Assembly (NCBI GenBank): GCA_026417155.1
Contig: JAOADU010000021.1
Location: 521 to 64,520, forward strand
Length of the DNA: 64,000 bases
DNA from: Bacteroidales bacterium
Lineage (GTDB): Bacteria; Bacteroidota; Bacteroidia; Bacteroidales; GWA2-32-17
Reading direction: 5' to 3'
Both the position numbers and the translations under genes were made by a program. The notes beneath the pieces are model-generated. The model did no database searches. It was not told the DNA's origin and saw only the letters and a program-made list of their open reading frames with translations. Below are positions 57,344-64,000 of this stretch, one piece after another; positions within the stretch are counted from its first letter, which is position 1; every line of letters starts with the position of its first letter.

Positions 57344-58567
57344 TTATTTTTTTGATACTCTCGAAAAATAAAAATTTCCGATAGCTATTTCTTTTTTTCT
57401 AGCATTTATCTGTTCGTATTCTTGAATTTTGATATTTGCTCCTGCATTACTCAAATATTCAGAACCTTTTTGCAACACCGTCCACCATGAAAGTTTGTTT
57501 TCGGTTTTATATGCTTCAACTTGTTGCAGTGAAGTGAGTTGTACCATTTCATGAAAATAATTGTACCGATTATTGGTAAATATTTTATCTAAACTTTCTT
57601 TCAAAATCTCTTTTTCTACTATAGAATCTACTTTGTTGAATACATAGTTATCAACCATCAAATTTTGTGCTGTGTCTTCTTTTTGTTCAACAATAAAATT
57701 TTTGTTTGTTTCAATCATTAAAGTGTCGGTTTTTAGTGACAATTCATCGTTTGCATTGGCATATAATAGTTGTTGTCGCTGTATAATTGTGTTAGAAAAT
57801 TTTTTTGGTAATTCATATATTGGTTTTATTGGAATTGATCGAACCGATTTTGATAGTGTAAATAATGGCTTTTTTTGAATCGTCGGGCTGTTGTATATCA
57901 TAATGAATAAGAGCAATGTTGCTGCAATCCCTGCAGACCAATAAATAAAAGGCATTGAGATTACTTTTTTCTTTTTCAATTGCTTTTTATTGGGATAATG
58001 AACATTGATGTTGGGCTTTAATTTCGTTTGCTTGAACTGGAATAATATGTTCGCACGAACTTTATCATTAGCAATTAATTTTTCAAGGGTAATTTTTTCT
58101 TGTTCAGAAATTTGTTCTTCTATGTATTGAATACATAGTTCTTCGAAATAATTAGCAAATGATGGATCTTTCTTTAAGCTTTCTTTATTATTGTATAAGG
58201 TTGGAGCATTATCATAAAGCTTTGTTTTCTCATAAAGTAAGAATATTTTCTGCTTTTCGCTGTCATTCTTAATGGTTTCTAATACATATTGTTTCTCCTG
58301 AAGTGACAAACTATCTTCAAAATAACGAATACAAAGGTCTTCCCATTCATTTATTATGTATTGTTCTGAATTTTTCTTTAATTTTTCTTTTTGTTGATAA
58401 GAGATATTATCAGGTATTGCATACGTTTGTTGGTATATTTCAAATAATTCTTTGTACTCATTTTTTTGATTTATAAGTTGTAGCAAATATTTTTTTTCTT
58501 CGTCTGTAAGATTCTGCTCGAAGTATGCAATAATCAATTGTTCTATGTTATATCTGCTTTTTTTCAT
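57344..58567 (-). CDS. Putative membrane anti-sigma factor with three tandem anti-sigma-domain-like repeats
   Basis: Begins 3 nt after the ECF sigma gene. Three about 67-aa repeats (see finding). Single TM FIYWSAGIAATLLLFIMIY at about aa 208-226, then an extracytoplasmic region of about 180 aa. Confidence 0.55.
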   Translation of the reverse strand: MKKSRYNIEQLIIAYFEQNLTDEEKKYLLQLINQKNEYKELFEIYQQTYAIPDNISYQQKEKLKKNSEQYIINEWEDLCIRYFEDSLSLQEKQYVLETIKNDSEKQKIFLLYEKTKLYDNAPTLYNNKESLKKDPSFANYFEELCIQYIEEQISEQEKITLEKLIANDKVRANILFQFKQTKLKPNINVHYPNKKQLKKKKVISMPFIYWSAGIAATLLLFIMIYNSPTIQKKPLFTLSKSVRSIPIKPIYELPKKFSNTIIQRQQLLYANANDELSLKTDTLMIETNKNFIVEQKEDTAQNLMVDNYVFNKVDSIVEKEILKESLDKIFTNNRYNYFHEMVQLTSLQQVEAYKTENKLSWWTVLQKGSEYLSNAGANIKIQEYEQINARKKEIAIGNFYFSRVSKK

Positions 58568-58570
58568 TGT

Positions 58571-59056
58571 TTAAATTAGTACAGCGATATTGCCAATGTA
58601 GTTTTTTAGAAAGCTTCGGGCTCTAAAAATATATACTTTTACCTGCGATTCAGAAAGTCCGGTTATTTCGCCAATTTCTTCGTATGTATATCCTTCATAA
58701 TCACGCAACAGGACAACAGCTTTTTGTACCGGTGGTAGTTGATCAATAGCTTTATGTAGTATTTCCTGAATATCAGGATTGTTAGTAGTATATGAATGTT
58801 TACGTTCGTGTTCGGTTTCTAAAGTTGTTGTTCTATTTTCCTTTCTTATTACATCAATAGTTTGATGATAGGCTGTTGTAAATAAATACGATTTTGCTTT
58901 GGAAAATTCTACTTTATGTGCATTTTTCCATAATTTTTCGAAACTATCTTGTACAATGTCTTCGGCTTTTTCTTTATTTTTTATATTTTTAAGTACAAAG
59001 CGATATAGCGAATCGGCATATGCATCTACAATATTATTGTATTCGTCGGTCGTCAT
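58571..59056 (-). CDS. ECF-type RNA polymerase sigma-70 factor
   Basis: Region 2 AEDIVQDSFEKLW and YLFTTAYHQTIDVIR. Region 4 LRDYEGYTYEEIGEITGLSESQVKVYIFRAR. Confidence 0.9.
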   Translation of the reverse strand: MTTDEYNNIVDAYADSLYRFVLKNIKNKEKAEDIVQDSFEKLWKNAHKVEFSKAKSYLFTTAYHQTIDVIRKENRTTTLETEHERKHSYTTNNPDIQEILHKAIDQLPPVQKAVVLLRDYEGYTYEEIGEITGLSESQVKVYIFRARSFLKNYIGNIAVLI

Positions 59057-59159
59057 GCTTTGTTTTAATCTCAGAAGTTAGACGTAATTAAAGATAAAAA
59101 GTTACACTAACCTAACAAATTATTGCTTAATATTGCCTAACATTACATTAGCTTTTTTT

Positions 59160-61184
59160 ATGAAGAAATGGTACGAAATAGGCCTTATCATCTTTTCATT
59201 CATCATTTATGGGCAAGGAATTTTATTTTCTTTTACTAATTGGGATGATACTCAATACATTTTAAATAACGAATGGATACGCAATTTTGATAGCAATTTG
59301 TTTCGTAAAGCTTTTTCTGAAGCTCATTTTGGACATTATCATCCACTTACATGGATTTCGCTTGCTTTTGATTATAAACTTTTTGGCTTAAAAGCTTGGG
59401 GATTTCATTTGCACAATATTTTGTTGCACATTTTCAATGTTTTACTCGTTTTTACATTGACAAAGAAAATTATTTCATCAAACCAACTTTCATTTTTCGT
59501 GGCATTGGCATTTTCCTTGCATCCTTTTGTAAACGAATCGGTAATGTGGATTACTGAACGAAAAAATTTGTTATTTGTTTTCTTTTATCTGCTGTGTCTT
59601 TGGTTTTACATTCGTTCTATCGAAAAGGATTCGTTAGTATGGTTATTGATATCGTTTATAGTTTTTATTTTTTCGGCTTTATCGAAAGCCACTGCCATTA
59701 CTTTGCCTGTTGTTTTAGTTGGTCTGCTTTATTTGTACAATAAACTCACTTGGAAAAATATTATATACTTAATTCCATTTGCATTATTTACGCTTTTTGC
59801 AATTTATATGGCAAACAAAGCTCAAGCACCATTCTTAAAAAATAATGAATCGCTCGATGTTTATACATCGTTTATGTTTTCGTCATGGGCTTTTGGGCTA
59901 TATATTTTTAAAGCAATTTTGCCTACTTCTATGTCGGCTTTTCATCCAATTTTTCTCGATTCAATAGAACCTTATTATATTTTGGGCTTTCTGCTTTTTA
60001 TAATATTTATATTTTTCATTATCCGTGCAATCAAGCAAAAGAATAGAATTTTGGTTTTTGCATTATGCTTTTTTATGGTCAATATTGTGATTTATTTAAA
60101 AATTTTCAATGCTTTTGCCAGTTCTTATTTTATGGCAGAGCGTTATACTTACTTATCATATTGGGGCTTATATATTGCAATATTTAGTATTATTAAACCA
60201 TATTTAAAACACAAAATTGCTAATATCGTTATTTTTGTTTGGTTTATATTTCTATCGTTTCAATCATTTGTTTATGGAAAAACATGGCAAAATAGCCTTC
60301 GTTTGTGGGAAAATGTAATACATCATTATCCTAAAAGTCATATAGCTTTATTAAACTATGGAAATGCTTTACGTGAAAGCGGATATTACGATAAAGCTTT
60401 AGAAGCATATCATAAAATTGATACCACAAGTAGTTTATATGCCAAAATGCTCGAAAATAGAGCCTATGTTTATTATAAACAAAATAATTATCAAGCAGCA
60501 TTAAACGATTATCAAGCATTGCTTTTAATAGATAGTACTCGATACGATATAAAAACGTATATTGTCAACATTTTATTAGAAAACAACAAACTGGAATTAG
60601 CTAAGCAAACTGCAATGGATATTTTAAGAACTTTCCCCCAACAAAGCGAAGTATGGAATAGCTTAGGAAATTATTATTATCAAAAAAAGCAAGTCGATTC
60701 GGCACTATGGGCATATACTCATGCCATTTCCATAAAACCCAAAGGCATGTATTATTACAATCGTGCTAACGTTTATTCGCAAAATAATCAACTGCTATTA
60801 GCAATAGCCGATTACAATAAAGCCATAGAGCTCGATTCAATGCAAGCCGATTATTATCTCAATAGAGCTATTACATATTTCAAACTCAAAAACCATTTAG
60901 AAGCATTACATAATTTTAATAAGGCAATTTTATTAAAACCAACACAAAAAGATTATTACTTAAACAGGGCAACGTTGTACGTTTCGCAAAACATGTATCG
61001 TATGGCATTAGCAGATATTAACATGGCATTAGAATTGGATCCCAATGATGCAACTATATTAGTACGTCGAAGTTATTTGTATTATCAGTTAAATGAAAAA
61101 GAATCGGCTTGTAATGATGCCCAACGAGTAGTTGCATTAGGATATTCGCAATATATAGAATGGCAAAAAAAAGTTTGTCAATAA
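59160..61184 (+). CDS. Polytopic membrane protein with GT-C-like (PMT/TMTC-like) N-terminal domain and C-terminal TPR repeats
   Basis: ATG at 59160 (MKKWYEIGLIIFSF). The first loop has FTNWDDTQYILNN (an acidic DD motif as in GT-C enzymes). About 10 or more TM segments run to about aa 390. Six or more TPR-like units follow (e.g. YYNRANVYSQNNQLLLAIADYNKAIELD). Confidence 0.65.
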   Translation: MKKWYEIGLIIFSFIIYGQGILFSFTNWDDTQYILNNEWIRNFDSNLFRKAFSEAHFGHYHPLTWISLAFDYKLFGLKAWGFHLHNILLHIFNVLLVFTLTKKIISSNQLSFFVALAFSLHPFVNESVMWITERKNLLFVFFYLLCLWFYIRSIEKDSLVWLLISFIVFIFSALSKATAITLPVVLVGLLYLYNKLTWKNIIYLIPFALFTLFAIYMANKAQAPFLKNNESLDVYTSFMFSSWAFGLYIFKAILPTSMSAFHPIFLDSIEPYYILGFLLFIIFIFFIIRAIKQKNRILVFALCFFMVNIVIYLKIFNAFASSYFMAERYTYLSYWGLYIAIFSIIKPYLKHKIANIVIFVWFIFLSFQSFVYGKTWQNSLRLWENVIHHYPKSHIALLNYGNALRESGYYDKALEAYHKIDTTSSLYAKMLENRAYVYYKQNNYQAALNDYQALLLIDSTRYDIKTYIVNILLENNKLELAKQTAMDILRTFPQQSEVWNSLGNYYYQKKQVDSALWAYTHAISIKPKGMYYYNRANVYSQNNQLLLAIADYNKAIELDSMQADYYLNRAITYFKLKNHLEALHNFNKAILLKPTQKDYYLNRATLYVSQNMYRMALADINMALELDPNDATILVRRSYLYYQLNEKESACNDAQRVVALGYSQYIEWQKKVCQ

Positions 61185-61185
61185 A

Positions 61186-61947
61186 TTACATATACATTTT
61201 TCTAAAAATTTTCATATTCTTCGTTATTTGTTCTTTAGCTTGTTCTGTATGCTTACTACCGCCACCGTAATGAACAATACGGGCATCGGGAACAAAAGCT
61301 ACCTCAAGTCCTTGCTTTCTTACTATCCAGCACCATTCCAAATCTTCGATATACATCCAAAAGGTTTCCGTTAATTTTTTTTGTGGGAAAACATTTAATA
61401 GTGAGCGATGAAACATAAAAAAAGTGCCCCAAACCCAATCGGGAAAAGCCACTTCGGTATAATTAAAATACGGACCCCACAATATTTGCGAACGCATCTT
61501 TGGCGATAATAGTTTATGTATTCTACTTTTTTCAAACCAAAATTTCCACTTAAAAGGGAAAGGTTGACAATTATGTTGTGGCGAGCCATCGCTGTTTTCA
61601 ATTCGGCAAGTTGCAATTCCTACATTTTTATTTTCTTCTAAAAAAGAATGTACTATGCTTATGGCATTATTTAGCAATTCTGTATCATTGTTAAGTAGTA
61701 ATATATAATCTCCTTTTGCATGGTTAATTCCATCGTTACAACCTGCCGAAAAGCCTCTATTTTTATCATTTTTCACCAAAATAACTTCTGGAAACATTTC
61801 TTTAATCGCATCCGTATTATCATGTGTCGAAGCATTATCTACCACTATTATTTCGTAGTTAATTTCTTTAGTATATTGAATAATCGAACGAATACATTTG
61901 ATTGTATAATGAAGATTATTAAAATTTAATATTACTACCGATATCAT
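61186..61947 (-). CDS. Glycosyltransferase family 2
   Basis: ISVVILNFNNLHYTIKCIRSIIQ...IIVVDNAST and LLNNDTE (DxD-like). Confidence 0.85.
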   Translation of the reverse strand: MISVVILNFNNLHYTIKCIRSIIQYTKEINYEIIVVDNASTHDNTDAIKEMFPEVILVKNDKNRGFSAGCNDGINHAKGDYILLLNNDTELLNNAISIVHSFLEENKNVGIATCRIENSDGSPQHNCQPFPFKWKFWFEKSRIHKLLSPKMRSQILWGPYFNYTEVAFPDWVWGTFFMFHRSLLNVFPQKKLTETFWMYIEDLEWCWIVRKQGLEVAFVPDARIVHYGGGSKHTEQAKEQITKNMKIFRKMYM

Positions 61948-62834
61948 ATCTGTTCTTGAATTAATTTACTAAAAGGCATTTGAAACTTTTTATGGATTAA
62001 TTTCCGAAAAACTTCATTGGTTGATGGGGGTGATACTATACACTGCTCAATAATTCCTTTGTTAACATAAACCTGAATAGAATACCCATTGCAAACATCA
62101 CTATAAATAAAAGAAGGCGAATAAGCAAAATTCCATTCCCATGTCGAAAATTTTTCGAGCGAAAGTTGTTTTATTTTACTTATTTCGTTTTCTGTCAAGT
62201 TCATGGTTTTTGCCGAAAACCATTGTTTAAAAAAATCAGTTATTTGTTTTAATATTTCAGTAAGACTTATTTTTTGACGAATAACATCTAAGACATTCGT
62301 TGTAGCAGAAGGATTTGATGCTACAAAATTCCCCTCAAACTTTTTTCTATCGACTTGTAGTGCTTGTTTTAAGTTATTTTGATTAGCACAGAGCAATAAT
62401 GTTGCATGTTGCAATATTCGATGTTTAAAAATATGGGCAGCTGTTCCCGTAATTTTTTTATTTTCGACAATAATATCATTTTTATAATTCACATAAGGAT
62501 TTAGCCCAAGTGTTGATAAAAATTCTGATATGGGATTTAGTAATTCGGTTAAATGCAGCCGCTGAGCATTCATAATTAAAGAAATATTTAAATTACCCTC
62601 ATCGTGATAAACTGTACCACCACCTGAAATTCTTCTTGCCAAGGGAATTTGATGTTTCTGTAAGAAATCGAAGTTAGCTTCGGCGTAAGCATTCTGGTGT
62701 TTCCCAATAATTACAGATGATGAATTTATATAAAGTAAAATAATTTTTTCATTTCTGTGGTGAACCAAATAATACTCTAAAGCCACATTTTCGAATGGAT
62801 TGCGAAACGGACTAAGTAAAATGTAATGATTCAT
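61944..62834 (-). CDS. Lipoate-protein ligase family protein (LplA-like)
   Basis: LARRISGGGTVYHDEGNLN and KITGTAAH motifs of the BPL/LPL catalytic domain. ATGA overlaps on both sides. Confidence 0.8.
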   Translation of the reverse strand: MNHYILLSPFRNPFENVALEYYLVHHRNEKIILLYINSSSVIIGKHQNAYAEANFDFLQKHQIPLARRISGGGTVYHDEGNLNISLIMNAQRLHLTELLNPISEFLSTLGLNPYVNYKNDIIVENKKITGTAAHIFKHRILQHATLLLCANQNNLKQALQVDRKKFEGNFVASNPSATTNVLDVIRQKISLTEILKQITDFFKQWFSAKTMNLTENEISKIKQLSLEKFSTWEWNFAYSPSFIYSDVCNGYSIQVYVNKGIIEQCIVSPPSTNEVFRKLIHKKFQMPFSKLIQEQI

Positions 62835-63193
62835 TTTAATTTTGGATTGTTTTTATGTCGTTGTGCATCGCGTTCTGTTCTTTTCTTATATTTTTCCATA
62901 AATGCTGACGTAAGGTCAATTCCTGTCTGATTAGCAAGGCAAATTAGTACCCATAAAACATCGGCCATTTCTTCGGCTAAAGAACTTTGCGATTCATCGT
63001 TTTTGAACGACTGCTCGCCATACTTTCGAGCAATTATTCTTGCCAACTCGCCAACTTCTTCGGTTAGCAATACCATATTGGTAAGTTCATTAAAATACCG
63101 AACTCCTGTGGTACGTATCCATTCGTCGGTTAATTGCTGCAATTGTAACAATGTTATTGGTTCGTACTTCATTTTTTTAGCAAATTTAATCAT
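62831..63193 (-). CDS. MazG-like nucleotide pyrophosphohydrolase
   Basis: LTEEVGELARII and LAEEMADVLWVLICLAN (EExxE/ExxD four-helix MazG signature). 120 aa. Confidence 0.8.
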   Translation of the reverse strand: MIKFAKKMKYEPITLLQLQQLTDEWIRTTGVRYFNELTNMVLLTEEVGELARIIARKYGEQSFKNDESQSSLAEEMADVLWVLICLANQTGIDLTSAFMEKYKKRTERDAQRHKNNPKLK

Positions 63194-63247
63194 AAATATT
63201 TTGGTAACCCATTGTATACTTTCTGCGTAAAAGTGCGAAAAAAAATA

Positions 63248-64000
63248 ATGAAACTTATTACGAGTTTTTTGCTAATTATAACAGTTCTTTCTAATTATGG
63301 TCAACAAAAATGTGAACTCATACGAAGTAAAATTTATTCATCGAACGAGGATAGCATAAAGGTTCGTATTTTAATTGAAACAGCCCATTGTTATTATGAA
63401 GCTTTAGAATCCGATAGTGCCGAAAAATATTATCAACAAGCCCTAAGGTATTTAATAGACCTTCCCCATTCGAAACAAACTGCCACACTTCGCTCCGTTG
63501 CACTTCGAAAATTAAGCGATATTGAATACGATAAAGGACACTTTGAATTGGCACAAAAGTATTGTTTTCAAGCATTGAGCAGTGCATTATCTCAAAAAAT
63601 TTTGACTGAAATTTCGGCATGTTGCAACAATTTAGGTATCATTTATCACAACCGAGGATTATTTGATAGTGCAGCTTACTATTATTTTCAATCGTTAAAA
63701 ATAGACGAGCATTTAAAAGATTACAAAGGAATTGCAATAAGGTATAATAATTTGGGCAACGTGTATTATGCCCAACGTAGTCTCGATAAAGCCATAGAGT
63801 TTTACGAAAAATCGTTAAACATAAAAAAACAACTAAAAGATACCAGTGGCATTTCCTTTTCGTACTTAAATATTGGTGCCGTGTGGTATAGCCGTAAAAA
63901 TTTCGACAAAGCCTTAGAATATTTTCAACAATCGCTCGAACTGAAAAAGAAACTGAATGATGCAAATGGTATCATTTTATTGTATAATAATATCGGATTG
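63248..64000 (+). CDS. TPR-repeat protein, 3'-partial (continues beyond the window); absent from the ORF track
   Basis: Manual translation from the ATG at 63248 gives 251 codons with no stop up to the window end. Signal/anchor MKLITSFLLIITVLSNYGQQ. Repeated TPR units: NNLGIIYHNRGLFDSAAYYYFQSLKI, NNLGNVYYAQRSLDKAIEFYEKSLNI, LNIGAVWYSRKNFDKALEYFQQSLEL. Confidence 0.8.
   Translation, partial: MKLITSFLLIITVLSNYGQQKCELIRSKIYSSNEDSIKVRILIETAHCYYEALESDSAEKYYQQALRYLIDLPHSKQTATLRSVALRKLSDIEYDKGHFELAQKYCFQALSSALSQKILTEISACCNNLGIIYHNRGLFDSAAYYYFQSLKIDEHLKDYKGIAIRYNNLGNVYYAQRSLDKAIEFYEKSLNIKKQLKDTSGISFSYLNIGAVWYSRKNFDKALEYFQQSLELKKKLNDANGIILLYNNIGL

Noticed and set aside
63318-63965. Track ORFs 63318-63620 and 63639-63965 on the minus strand.
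   Set aside because: They lie antisense to a continuous, motif-rich TPR reading frame on the plus strand and have no features of their own.

Overview
This is an AT-rich chromosomal segment that looks like Bacteroidota. The evidence is T9SS type A and type B C-terminal sorting domains, SprB repeats, a PorP/SprF gene, a PorQ-like gene, TAnnTTTG-type promoter boxes and a GNENYALAA tmRNA tag. I saw no rRNA, CRISPR array, transposase or integrase. Gene density is high and most track ORFs under about 120 aa are antisense shadows.

Content from left to right:
- cysE (truncated at the window's 5' edge) and a PorQ-like outer-membrane (OM) protein.
- A polysaccharide cluster: GT2, two methyltransferases and a Wzm/Wzt ABC exporter.
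- A 1707-aa T9SS cargo protein with an internally duplicated LamG-like module.
- An RdgB-AroB fusion gene followed by aroA.
- A fur-like/dps operon with a perfect inverted-repeat operator candidate.
- A T9SS S8 peptidase, an orphan LytTR response regulator and an aminotransferase.
- tmRNA, yqaA/cvpA and a GH3-family gene.
- A four-gene secreted/OM cluster at 24041-29545.
- Two convergent giant SprB-repeat adhesins with type B sorting domains, plus sprF, tRNA-Val and pgeF.
- A housekeeping block: THX, prs, rnr, polA, U32, GT9, purN, acpP-fabF-rnc, deoC, anmK.
- An ECF sigma / triple-repeat anti-sigma / OM barrel operon.
- A GT-C+TPR membrane protein, GT2, lplA-like and mazG-like genes.
- A 3'-truncated TPR gene that the ORF track missed.

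The best candidate for an undescribed system is the 24041-29545 cluster. It encodes a two-Ig-like periplasmic chaperone-like protein, two paralogous small secreted subunits and a 993-aa OM beta-barrel protein with Ig-like and CarboxypepD_reg-like ends. This is the logic of a chaperone-usher fibre assembly pathway. I could not recognise canonical PapD/usher, type V pilin lipoprotein or T9SS signatures in it.
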